This document shows, one piece after another, positions 23,401-34,480 of a stretch of 64,000 nucleotides of DNA. Position 1 is the first letter of the stretch. Each line of letters opens with the position of its first letter. The position numbers were made by a program, and so were the translations under genes. The notes below the pieces were generated by a model. That model worked only from the letters and a program-made list of their open reading frames with translations, was not told the DNA's origin and searched no databases. The stretch comes from Raillietiella orientalis (taxonomy: Eukaryota): NCBI GenBank assembly GCA_036172245.1, contig JAYWIR010000007.1:372001-436000 (forward strand), in the 5' to 3' direction.

Positions 23401-26343
23401 GCAGGGAAGGGGTGGAGGCTGGTGTCCTCCCTTCCCGCCGCTGTGCGACTCACGCCAATCGCTCGCGACCACACAGGGCGGCGGGGGCGGCCATCTGCGT
23501 CCGGCACAAATTGCAGGTCCGCGCGCGAGCGCGTGGAATGCGGGCGGGCGGAAATCCCCTTCTCCCCTTCCTCCCCGCGAGGGTGCCGGTCGAGCCGCCC
23601 TTCCCATCCCGGGCCGCGCCTCCGCCTCCTGTCTCCCGGAGGCCGCCCGTCCACGGAGGCCCCTACGATCGGACGCGCCCGCTGCCCAGTCGCGCGCGCT
23701 CGCTGCCACAGCCATCGCCGCGTCTCCCCGGCACGAGCGGTCACGCCGGAAACTCCTCCTGGCCCTCTTCCTTCCCCCTCCCGCTCCTCCCCGCCCCTCC
23801 TCCGGCCCGCCGCTGTTGTTGTTTTCTGTTGTTGCTGTTGTCGTCGTCCTCGTCATCATCGTGGTCACGGTCGCGGTCGCGGGCCGTCCCCCCGCGAGGG
23901 GACCTTTGTTTGCAGAGCCCCATAACTCACCCGCCCGACGCGGGCGAGCGCGCGGGGCCGGCATTCCATCACCGCCTAATGATGGGTTAATCGCCATCCG
24001 ATTGGGACGTCAGCCGTGGGGCGTCCGGCCGGCCGAACGAGCGGCCGGCTGGACGCCCCCTGGGCTGACGCGTTCTGTTTGTTCGGTGCGTCGCCGCCAC
24101 CGCCACTGCCGTTCCTGCCGAGCGGGAGGACGCGGGCGGCCACCGCGGAGAGAAAACGTTCCGGGGGAAAGGGCACGCCGCAGGGTGGAAGCGCCGCCTC
24201 CCGGCTTCCTCCCGACCTTCCGGCACGAAGAAACTGGGACCTGCTCTTCCTTTCCGCCTCTTCCCACCTTTCCCCTCCCTCCCACCAACGCTCTCTCGCC
24301 CGGGGCGCCTGGCAGGGAGAGCCCCTTCCCTCTCCTTCCTGAAGGAACTGCCGCCGTCCCGAAGGAGCCACCCAAGCCCTCGGGGAAGGCGACGTGCCGA
24401 GTGGAGGGCGCGGAGGCGGCCGTCGGGGAGCGGGTCTTCCCGGACAGTTGCACCTCGTGCGTCTGCAGGAAGACCACCCGGTTCTTCTGCCAGAGGAAGT
24501 CCTGCCCCGTGCTGACCTGCCCCAGACACATGCAGATCACCAGCCCGTCCGCCTGCTGCGCCACCTGCGGCCAGGCGGAGCAACAGCATCAGCAGCAGCA
24601 GCCTGCAACAGCGGGCTGCGCCCGCGGGAACCAGTTCTACGAGGTGGGTGGCTGCCCTGGGGCAAGGAGTCCGCCCCGGGCGACGCGCGGACGTCCCTCC
24701 CCGCTTGCCCGGCAGGAATCGATGACAACGTCGGCGGGGTGCCTCGCCTCCCTCTCCGACTCTCCGTCCGAAAGGGCCGCCTCTCCCCGCGCGTCGCCCG
24801 TGGGGTCCTCCACCCCCCTCCCGCGCGGCGGAGGCTGTTTACTCACCCTCGCGCCGTCCCCAGGAAGGGGACACGTGGTTGGAGGGCCAATGCTCCCGGT
24901 GCTCCTGCAAGCAAGGGAAGGTCCAATGCCGCCTGGAGCCGTGCGCCCAGCCTGATTGCCCCAGGGGCTTCCGCAAGGTGAAGCTGCAGAACGGCTGCTG
25001 CCACAAGTGCGAGGAAGGTAGGCGGGGCGCGGCCTGCCCTTCTCTTTGAATCCCTCCCTCCCCCACAGAGGACGGAACATGCACCGTGTTCGGAGACCCT
25101 CACTACCGCTCCTTCGACGGAAAGCTCTTCCACTTCCAGGGGAGCTGCAAGTACGTGCTGTCCCAGGATTGCTCCCGGGATGCCTTCTCCATCCGCGTCA
25201 TCAACGAGGCGCGCGGCTCGGGCAGCTTCTCGTGGACCAAGGCCGTCTCCTTGAGGGTGAGAGCGAGAGGGAGGGCAAGAGACCGGGGCGGAGGCGACCG
25301 CTCCCTCCCTCTCTCCCCCGCTCAGATGAACGGCACTCGCATCACGCTCGGGCAGCTGCTAAGGGTGAAGGTCAACGGGACTAGGGTCGGCCTGCCCCAC
25401 CTTGACATGGGACGCTTCAGCATAATCCAGGAGAAGGGCATGGTCGCCGTACGGGCCAACATCGGTAGGGAGCGCGGGTTGGCCCTCTGGGACAGGAGGT
25501 GTTCACTCCCCACCTCTCATCTTCATTCGCTGCAGGCATCAAGCTGCTCTGGGACGGGAACAGCTTCCTGGAGGTGTCGGCGGCCCCCTCTTACAAGGGA
25601 CGCCTCTGCGGACTGTGCGGAAACTACAACCGCGACAGACGCGACGACTTCCGCACACCCTCCGGAACCGCTGCGGGCAGCGCGGCCTCCTTCGGCAGCT
25701 CCTGGCGCGTCGGGGGCCGCCGCTCCTGCCTCCGGAGGACCCCTCCGACTTCCTCCTCCGCGGGGGCGGAGGGGGCCCGCCGCAACCGCGGTCGGTGCGA
25801 GGGCGACTCCCTGGCCGAGGCGACGCACCGCTGCCAGGCGCTGAAGGCGGCGCCGTTCGACGCGTGCCACGCGGTTGTGCGCGTGTCCCCCTACGTGAGG
25901 TCAGCGGGAGGGCCAGGGAGGGGAGGGCGTCCAAGAGTTGGACCTCATCCACTCTCATTGCAGGTCCTGCAGGCAGGACGTGTGCGACTGCGGCTCCTCC
26001 GGTGGCAGCGACTGCCACTGCCAGGCGCTGACTGCCTACGCAAGGCGCTGCGAGCGCGAGGGTGTCCCGGTGACGTGGCGGAACCGGACGGGATGCGCAG
26101 GTGGGACGTGTGAGGAACAGGCACGCGGGAGGGAGGAATGAATGAGAGAACTGCAGCCTTCCAGACGGCGGGTGCGCCCCCGGTATGGTCCGCGGAGCGT
26201 GTGCCAACTGCCAGAGGACCTGCAGGAACGCCCACAAGCCCAGGAGGTGCCGCCGACCCTGCGCGCCCGGATGCCAGTGTCCCCCGGGAAAAGTCCTGTT
26301 CCGGAAACAGTGTATCGATCCAGAGACCTGCCCCAAGACGTAA
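17370..26343 (+). CDS. cv-2: Crossveinless-2 / BMP-binding endothelial regulator (BMPER), complete spliced gene, 12 coding exons, 706 aa
   Basis: join(17370-17481,18809-18894,22094-22196,22244-22420,23152-23334,24345-24643,24864-25017,25069-25256,25326-25464,25536-25899,25964-26100,26165-26343) = 2121 nt. All introns are GT-AG and phase-consistent with no internal stop. Domain order is signal peptide, 5 VWC, VWD (CTVFGDPHY...LCGLCGNYN), C8, TIL, which is the BMPER/Cv-2 architecture. Confidence 0.93.
18809..18894 (+). CDS. cv-2: Cv-2/BMPER exon 2 (VWC1 N-half)
   Basis: ttccccag|...|gtaagg; [29 protein letters not shown] matches the BMPER AKCxNEG...PCxxCxC pattern. Confidence 0.92.
22094..22196 (+). 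CDS. cv-2: Cv-2/BMPER exon 3 (VWC1 C-half)
   Basis: tttgcag|...|gtgagc; [34 protein letters not shown] ends in CCxxC. Confidence 0.88.
22244..22420 (+). CDS. cv-2: Cv-2/BMPER exon 4 (VWC2, 8-Cys type)
   Basis: [58 protein letters not shown] lacks the same Cys pair as BMPER VWC2; donor gtgagt. Confidence 0.93.
23152..23334 (+). CDS. cv-2: Cv-2/BMPER exon 5 (VWC3)
   Basis: Long polypyrimidine acceptor; [12 protein letters not shown]...[25 protein letters not shown]...PGQCCRQCK; donor gtaagc. Confidence 0.94.
24345..24643 (+). CDS. cv-2: Cv-2/BMPER exon 6 (VWC4, Gln-rich linker, start of VWC5)
   Basis: [27 protein letters not shown]...CCATC...[10 protein letters not shown]; acceptor cttcctgaag (the exact 5' edge is less certain); donor gtgggt. 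Confidence 0.88.
24864..25017 (+). CDS. cv-2: Cv-2/BMPER exon 7 (VWC5)
   Basis: [51 protein letters not shown]; ccccag|...|gtaggc. Confidence 0.93.
25069..25256 (+). CDS. cv-2: Cv-2/BMPER exon 8 (VWD start with GDPH autoproteolysis motif at 25092-25103)
   Basis: [34 protein letters not shown]...[11 protein letters not shown]. Confidence 0.95.
25326..25464 (+). CDS. cv-2: Cv-2/BMPER exon 9 (VWD)
   Basis: [26 protein letters not shown]...VRANI; ctcag|...|gtaggg. Confidence 0.92.
25536..25899 (+). CDS. cv-2: Cv-2/BMPER exon 10 (VWD end, C8 start)
   Basis: [32 protein letters not shown]...FGSSWRVG...[16 protein letters not shown]; donor AG|gtcagc. Confidence 0.94.
25964..26100 (+). CDS. cv-2: Cv-2/BMPER exon 11 (C8 domain)
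   Basis: SCRQDVCDC...[28 protein letters not shown]. Confidence 0.93.
26165..26343 (+). CDS. cv-2: Cv-2/BMPER exon 12 (TIL domain, stop)
   Basis: [56 protein letters not shown] has the 10-Cys TIL pattern; TAA at 26341-26343. Confidence 0.9.
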
Positions 26344-29022
26344 CCTATTTATTGGGCGAAGCCCTCCCGTTCCCCCGCCCTCTTCTCGAGAAGAGAGCGC
26401 ACTTCTATTCTTGATAGAGAGAGAGCCTTCACTCCGGGGCCGCGTCGGGGGTCGGGGAAGAGGGGGGACGAAAGAGGGCGAGGCAAGGTCAGGGGATCAG
26501 AGAGGAGCTACGGCAGAGACTCTTGCACCTCAGTAGGGAGCACAGGATCATCATCCTCCCTTCCTCGCAGATGGCAGCACACTCGAGAGCGGCCGCCGCT
26601 CAGGAATTCGCCCTACGCCGTGGGTGCGCGAGCGCGTCCGTCTGGCCGCGGAAGCGGCGAACGGGCGACTGTCGCCAGGGACGGCGACGATGATGCATTG
26701 CAGATCCATCCATCCCCCATCCCCCCCCCCCCACGCTCTCTCCCTCGGCTTCCTAATCCCCTCCTCCCCCCTTCCCGCGCTCCACCCCACAGCGAGCGCA
26801 CCCGGATCTTCGCTGCGTGCCGGTCATTGCTCCGGGCGCGCGCGCGAGAGACCTACGCGCACGCGCGTCACGACAGCAGCGGTGCGCGGGGAGGAAAGTC
26901 GCTCTCCCGGGCTGTCAAGGGATCACAAGGTGGGAGGAGGAGGCCGCAACACCCTCTCCTCCCCCCCCCCCTTCCCTACCTCTTGAAAGCTGAGTCCCCG
27001 CGGACCCGGAAAGGGGAGACCCCTCCGCAGCGCAAGGAACCGGCGGCTGCAGGAATGAGGGGGCGCAGTTCGAGGATCGCTCGGCAGATGGCAAGGAGGC
27101 CGTGGGTTCTCGTTCTCCATCTTCGTCGCGCTCTCGCGGCACCGCCTCCGGCCGCACTTTAGTCGCCTGGGAGGACCCCTTCCGGAACTCATCGAGGATG
27201 GATAGGACCCTCCCTGCAGGACCCCTCGCCAGCGGATCGCCCTGGAAGCGGCAGCAGACAGCGGCCTTGTCGTCACCCTGGTGAGGAAGGACAGCGAAGA
27301 GGGGGAGGAGAAGGGAAGAGAGAGGGAGGAGACCCGTCCCCCCTCCCCTCATTCTTTTTTGCGGGACGCACTTGCAAGGAGAGGATCTGCTCCTCCTGAG
27401 AGACGCCGGTCGTAGAGGCGCTCGGGTCCTGGATTCGATGGGCCGCTTCCCGGGGACCCCTTCCGTAGGGGGAGGGAGAGGAGGGACTGCCGGTGACTCC
27501 GGGTGCAGCGGAACTGTCAGACGAACGGGGAAGGGAGGCACCGTCTACTCCCCTGGTCAGCTGCTGCGCCGGGTCTCTCTCTAGAACTCGTTCCGGTCGG
27601 GAAGGGACTGCCTCCGTAGGGCGAGGAGATCGCGAGAAAGTCCAGGCCTTCCCTCTGGGCAGGGGCGCTTTGGAATGCGCAAGGAAGGCTCCTCAAAGGG
27701 GCTCGGGCCGGCCGGAGGAGGTCAGCTGGAGCCGAAAAGCATCGACCTTGGGGGAGGAACCCCCGGAAGCGGGGTGTGATCCGAAGAGAGGTCTCTTCCT
27801 CATCTCGTAGAGAGGGAGGGGGTCTTCCTTCATCCTGATGCCCCAGAGCACCGCGGGAGGAGGGAGGAGGGAATGATCCCTCCCTTCCCGAGGTTTGGGG
27901 AAGTGGCAGCACCCGCCGCGGAGGTGCAAAGGCGTGGGACAGGGTTCCTCCCCTGCAGGGGGAGGGATCCCAAGTCCGCACCAGGGGAAAAAGCTCTCGT
28001 CGTCGATCCGCCGGGTGCTTCGCATTGCGTCCTCTTCTGCCAGCGCCCGCCTCCCCCCTTCTGGCGCAGCTATCGCGCTCGTAGAGGGCAGAGCTCACTC
28101 TCGTTTGGTCTGCCCTCTACGTTTCCTCGGTAATCACTGTAATTAGAGGTCTGCATCATTTGCATAGGAAACGCGTCTCTCGGGGCTTTCACGAGAAGAG
28201 GTGATGGATAGCGCGCGATGTTTCCCGAGCAGGCGGTGTTTTTCCGAAACCGCTGCGCGTGACGTCACAGACCTCACGCTTTCGCGCACGCCCTTGTGAC
28301 CCGGGATTTCGGCGCGGGTAGCTCTCAGGCACGGCACTTTCGGATTCACCGTGGGCGCAGCAGAGGACAGGGGAGCTGGGGGAGGGAGCAAGGGCCCGTG
28401 CTTCGCGGTGGCCCTCCTCCGCCTCAAAGAGCACGGGTGCGGGGGTGCTGCTGCCCTGCTTTCCTGCCGCCGCCTCGCGCGAGGGTCGAGTGAGGTGGGT
28501 GGCGCTCGGCAGCGTAGGCACCCGTGGAGGAAAGTGGAAGACCTCTCGCGATGCCCCCCTGCCCGGGCCCTGCTCGGGATGCAGTTCGCTGCACGGATGC
28601 CAGCCCGGCTGCGGCGCCCAGCATGGCTGAAGGCGTCGCGCGCCCTGCAGCCCGACCTCCATTCTTCCACTGTTGACCACAATGCGCTGTTTTCGTCCGC
28701 ACGCGCGCGCCGCTTCAGCTGCTCGCCCACCCCGTGCAAGGAATTTTGGGTATCCCTCCCCCCCCTTTTTTACAGTTCCCACGCATCCGCTTGTTGATAT
28801 TTCGCACACATGTACCCTTCTGTCTACACACTTATGGGTCTTTAAGCACACGATACAGTACATGTGACTTGTGGAGGAGCTTTTTTTTTTTTTTTTTTTG
28901 CCTTTTTGGAACAAGGATCATGAGCATGTACGCTTCTGCTGGCACACGAAAGCGGCAGAATGGAAGAAACACGTGTGTGTGCATACGCGCACGCGTGTGT
29001 CTCATTTGGTGGTGTTGCTCTC

Positions 29023-29028
29023 AATAAA
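29023..29028 (+). terminator. Candidate poly(A) signal for cv-2
   Basis: First AATAAA I found after the cv-2 stop; it would imply a ~2.7 kb 3' UTR and sits at the end of an AT-richer patch. Confidence 0.25.
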
Positions 29029-32000
29029 CTGCACTTCCTGTCAGCTGCTTGACTGACTGTTCAAGAGTGGTGATTTCCCGCGCTTAGCCGAAGCGCACGC
29101 GCAGCTTCCCGAAGAGTTGGACCCACTGTCTCTGCGCTTCAGAAGAAGGGCCTGCTGGAAGGGAAGCTGCCTTCTGGAAGACAATCCGCCTGAGGGTTTC
29201 CCCCCCCCCCTTCCCCTCCTGGGAGGAAGCTGGTGTCCGCTGTGGACGAATTTCAGCAGCAGGCGGCCTCCATGCAGAGAGGGGGACGTCCCCGCAAGCA
29301 CGGGAGCAGCCTCCTCGGTTGTGACGGGAGCTCCCGCCTCCCTGAAATCGAGACGTTTTGGGGGAACACCGATTTGGGTGAGGCGCTCTCGGTTCGGGCA
29401 GGTGGGAACAGAGATCAGGTACAGCGAGAGAAAGCCAGGTGCAGGGTGGAGGGAAGAGGAATCTGGCCTCAGGATCTTCTTGAAGGGAGGGAAAGGGGGC
29501 ATTCCCTCTCCCTCGTGAAGAAGGAGTTGCTGCAAGAAGAGGATGCTGAAGGGACAGGAGACTCGGGGGAGGGGAGAAGGAGCTGCAGGCAACGATGCGT
29601 GGTCAAACCAGGAGTATTCGAGAAAAATCAGGAGGCTCGAACGTCACCATGGAAGCTGCGCGCGCTGCAGCGCACGGAGGCCAGCATTCGCGGAGCCAGG
29701 GGTGGTATGGGTGCTGGCGCAGGGATTATTCTCCCAGGTTTCTCCGTTACCGTCGGAAGCCGCCACCAGCAGCGCTTTCGTGGCCGGACAGTGGCTCCAA
29801 GATGTCTCCAGGAGCGCACGCGACGCCGGTCGCTTCTCCGGCGGCGGCGGTGCTGCCTCGGAGGAGAAGCGAGGGGAGGAGGAGGGTGGGAAGGGTGGCC
29901 TCCTTCTCTCTCTCTCTCTCCCTCCCCCCCGGCACGCGTGCACAGGGGTGGAATCCTAGAGAAAGCTGCGATCGAACGGAGGAGCCCCAGGGCCGTCGTG
30001 CGTTCTTCTGGATTATCCACACTCCTTCGACGGACGGAGCGCCCTCTGGACAGGACCGGAGAGGTCTGCTCTCGTGCCCTGGGTTCGCCCAGACTCCAGC
30101 AAACGGCTTCCTTCCAGATTGTGACATAAAGGACCGTTTCCCCATCTCGCGGCCAACGGGTGAACTGCAGAGATCGTGACCAAGCCGGGCCGCCTCCAGC
30201 CGGCCGCCCACTGAAGAATCCTAGACGCGCCCGATCCGAGCTCATTCGCGCCAGGGCAATTTTTTGTCCAGTCGTGCCGGCAGGAGAAGAGCCCGCTCCG
30301 TCTGCTACCGCCAGTGGACCGGACCCTTTCCTCAGGGACGTGTCATCCGCCTCCTCTCCGAAGACCAAGCGCCTGGGGAGCGGGGAAAGCGCCGACGGAC
30401 GCTGCCACGGCCTGCACGGCAACCGAACTGCCCAGACGGTGTGCGGGGGTCCTCTGACTCCTTCCATTTCTGGACTCCCTCCCTGTCCGGATTCGAGGCG
30501 AGGGTGGGCGCGGCTGGGAAGGGGACCTCACTCCTCTCCTCGACCTTGACCGGAGGTGCCTCGGTTCCGTGGAGCGTGTCTGGGGACTGTGAAGACTTCT
30601 GAGGTCGGTGGTGCCTCAGCGGAGGGGGCAGCGATCTCCTACCTGGTCTGGTCGGGACCCATCACGGCGAGGACGAGCGGTCCGGAAGAGAAGGCTGATG
30701 CGTCCTGCCCGACTCGGACGGGCGGAGGGGGGCTAGAGGCTTCGGAGGAAGCTCCGGTCTCTCCCTCCCTTGTGTCCTCTCTTCTGTCCTAACCCTACCC
30801 CCTTTCCCTGTTGCATTCCGTTCATCCCTCCTGGAATACTACCTGTCGGCTTTTCTTTCTTGACAGAGTTCGAAAGGCGCGCTCGGGATGTCGGCAGATA
30901 GAGATGACGCGCTACCATCTCGCGGCCATACTAGTAAGCGACAAGGGCAGTCACGAGATGGCAGGCAGCGCAACTCCTGATCTAGAGGACGACGGGGGGC
31001 GCTCGGGAGGAGGGATGGATGGGGAGCCCCAACGTCCATCCCTCCACCCCCTCCCCCTCCCTGGACGAATGGCGGAACGCTTCAGAGCAGGCGAAGTTGG
31101 CGGCTAGAGCGCAGGCGCCTCCTCCTCGCTGCGCAGGCTACGTCACGGTTTCGCATCGACCTCGGCGGACGGCGGCAGTCGGCAGCGCCAGTGAGCTGGG
31201 AGCCGCTGCAATCGTTCGCTCGTCTGGTGCTGCTCCGCCTCCCCTTCTTGTCTCGCTTCGCGGCGCGCGCCCCCCGGGACGAGGACGACGCCTCTCTGCG
31301 CCGGTCGTGGTGCCACGACCTATCGGCCGAGATGCCGGGCTCCCTCTCGCGTCCAGGTATGCTGGGAGGAATGGCAAGGATGGGGAGGGGGGCGAACCTT
31401 GCGAACCTAGGGGCACCCCCAAGGTTCCTGCCCTTGCCCTTTGTCCCCTCGCACGCGCTCCGGGCGCGCGCACGACAGGATAGAAGCGGCGGGAGAACCT
31501 CCCTTGCATCTTTCCTCTGCCCGCAGGGGCTCTGGAGGTAGGAAAGAAGGGCAGTGGCTTCCCAGAACCCCTCGGAGCAAGCTCGCCGCTCCCTTTTCGT
31601 TCCGGCCCTCACGCTGGAGCCGCTCGAAGCCCCGTCCGGGCTTACCGGAGAAATGGGGACAGGGATGCTCTTCTCCAGACCTTCTAGGGTAGGGAGGGCC
31701 GCGTGAGGGTCTTTCAGGAAGGACGGACGTTCCTACCGGTCATCCCTGGACACATCAGCGACTTCCGGCAACCTGGCGCATATGCCTAGCGCAGCTTCGG
31801 CAAGCCCCGGGGGCGTTTCGGTCAGGGCACGTTAGATCGGATGTTGTTCTCCCTCCCTCGTGCTCGTGAGGGAGAGGAGGGGGAGAGAAGGGAATGCCTC
31901 AGGATCTTCCCCTTCCGGGGATGACGGAACCACTCGAGCATCGAGACCATTCCCGGGGGAACGCCGTTTTCCTCTCAACGCCCTCAGCCGTCCCAGCCCC

Positions 32001-33760
32001 AGTCGGCGCCAAGGCCAAGGGCAGCGCAGCCTCCGCGCTGACTTCCTCCTGCTTCCCCTTCCGGGTCCACCCGGCTTCGCCGGCAACCCGGGGAAGGGTC
32101 CCTCGTGGTCGCCAGCTCGCCAGCCCTCCCCCAGCGAAGGGCTCCTTTGTCATCCCCCGCGGCCTCCGCCTCCACCAGGGCTGCCGGGCCTCAAGCTCGC
32201 CGCTCCCGTTCTCCGTGTCGCCTGCCTGCTTGTTTGTGTTGTTTCGTTCTGTTTGCTTCTTTTGTAGTGTTTTCCGCTCCTCCTCCGCCCTCTCGCACGC
32301 GAGGAAACGTCCGGCGACGGTCAGCGGCGGTGCGCCTCCCGTGTTCCGTCGCTCACGGGGTGGCGCCGGAGCGGCTCGCCACCACGGACGCGCGAAAAGC
32401 AAAACCCACGTCGTGGGGGGGTCGGGATAATAGCAAAAGTCGTGGGGTCTGCATCCGCGCCCGTCCGTTTGTTCTCGCTTTCCTAAAAAAGGAAAAAAAA
32501 AAGTGGAAAAAGATGAAATGCACGAAGGCGGAAATAGGGCGACGGCGCGCAAAACGCCGGCAGCGGCGTCGCAGCGGTCCGGGAAGCTGCGGAAAGCCCG
32601 TCTCGTGCGACTACGAGGCGCCATCTTGTTGACTGATCACGTGAGTGGGTATTTATATTTACGCGCCGCCGTTGATGCGAGCCGTTCACGTGGAGACGGC
32701 CGGTTGCGGCGGGCAGTCGCCGCTTGCTCGTGGGTGCGCCGGTCGCCGACCTGCGTTCCTGCGGGCCTCGCGCCCTTCGCGGCCCGACCAGGTGAGTCCC
32801 GCATACTCTCTCTCTCTCTCTCTCTCTCTCGACCCGGAGCGTCTGCTTCCCCCCCCCCCTCCCCCCATCCGGGGGCGCGAGCCCGTCTTCCCGGGGGCTG
32901 CTCCTGGCCCGCTCAGGCGGACAGTGGCAGGGGTGCAGTTCGTAGTTGGGAGATGGGCAGGGGTGGCGACTCCGAGCGCGGCTCGCGACCCTCCGAGCCA
33001 GCGGCGATTCCAGCAGGCACCGAGGATGGTGGCGCGGTCTCGGACGAGGGAGGTTTCCGAACGGCTTTTCGCCTGCCTGTCCACTGTCTTGAGAATGGGT
33101 CCTCCCCCGAAAGGTGTCAACTGGGCTCCCTCCTCCCCCGGTCGTCAGCGCGAAACCGGGAATCTGCCGCGTCTAGTTGAAAGGGAACATCGAGGTACGC
33201 CCCTACGCGTCTTACGGCAGTCTTTTGATCGTTCGTTCACCGCAGATGTTTCTGGTCCCGAACTCGCCCACCCCATCCCTTTCCTTTCGTGGTGTGCTTC
33301 CGTCTTGCCTCGGGATCGTTCCTGTTCACCAAGAGGAATTCCGTGGAGCGCGTGGGAAGATCAGCCTGGACGAGGGCGGTCTTGTCAGAGGTCGCTCCCT
33401 CCCGCCAGCGCGCGCGCATCGTGCTTGCCGGGATGAGGGTTGTGCGCGACCCCCCTGGTCCACGGGAACGGTCCAGGGCGAGACGTCCGGCGACCGCCTG
33501 CGCCCTGCTCTTCGAGAGAGGCGCGCACGCCGCTCACGTGAGCTTCGCGGGACCAACCCCGCCCAACCGTACCCGTCGGTTCGCACGGGCGGCTGGGGTC
33601 GTTCCAAGCGGGGGCTCCTGCTCACGCGGGCTGTGTGACTTTCCAGGGAATCACGTGACCTCCTTGACCGGAAGCGCCGCTCTGAGATGAGGAGCGGACG
33701 AAATCCAGCGACGCCGCGCGTGCACCCCTTCTCCTTCGCCCTCCCCCTACGCGGCCCGCG

Positions 33761-34480
33761 ATGAACGAAGACTGCCTCCCCGAAACGAAGGGCGCCGACA
33801 GCGCTGCCCTCTGCCGGGATGCTTCGGAGGAACGCGTCGCCAGCAGCAGGTGTCCGAACGCGCAGCCGCCAGGTCCGGAAAAAGAAGACCCTCTCTTCCT
33901 CAAGATGGCGGCGATGTCGTCCGTGCTCTCCTTCCCGGGCACCCCGTCGCTGGATTCCCTGGCTCCCGAACCTTTCCTCATCGCCAGGAGCCGCCTTCTC
34001 AACCGCCGGGTTGTGCTCAACGTGGGCGGGGCGAAGCACGAGGTTCTGTGGCGCACCCTGGACCGGTTGCCCCACACGAGGCTCGGCCGCCTCCGGAAGT
34101 GCACCCGGCACGAGGCCATCATGGAGCTGTGCGACGACTACTCGCTCATGGAGAACGAGTACTTCTTCGACCGCCACCCCAGATCCTTCGGCTCCATCCT
34201 CAACTTCTACCGCACGGGCAAGCTGCACCTGGTGGAAGAGATGTGCGTCCTCGCGTTCAGCGATGACCTTGACTACTGGGGCCTGGACGAGCTGTACATC
34301 GAGTCTTGCTGCCAGCACAAGTACCACCAGAGGAAGGAGCACGTGTACGAGGAGATGCGCAAGGAGGCCGAGTCGCTGAAGCAGCGCACCGAGGAGGAGT
34401 TCAACAAGGGCAGGTGCGGCCAGTACCAGAAGTTCCTCTGGAACCTCCTGGAAAAGCCGACGACGTCCCTGGCAGCACGG
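33761..34480 (+). CDS. Shab: Shab/Kv2 voltage-gated potassium channel, coding exon 1 (N-terminus and T1 domain); alternative start at 33905
   Basis: [26 protein letters not shown]...[17 protein letters not shown]...[22 protein letters not shown]...[15 protein letters not shown] is closely similar to arthropod Shab; donor CGG|gtacgt, phase 0. Confidence 0.95.

Noticed and set aside
17370..26343. Alternative identity as kielin/chordin-like, mucin or vWF
   Set aside because: Exactly five VWC plus one VWD-C8-TIL, the diagnostic 8-Cys VWC2 and the ~700 aa size fit Cv-2/BMPER.
29041..29592. Minus ORF with RERLTQIGVPPKRLDFREAGA, faintly recombinase-like
   Set aside because: A single weak motif with no collinear support.
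33326..34342. 338-aa minus-strand ORF
   Set aside because: In-register antisense shadow of the Kv2 T1 exon.
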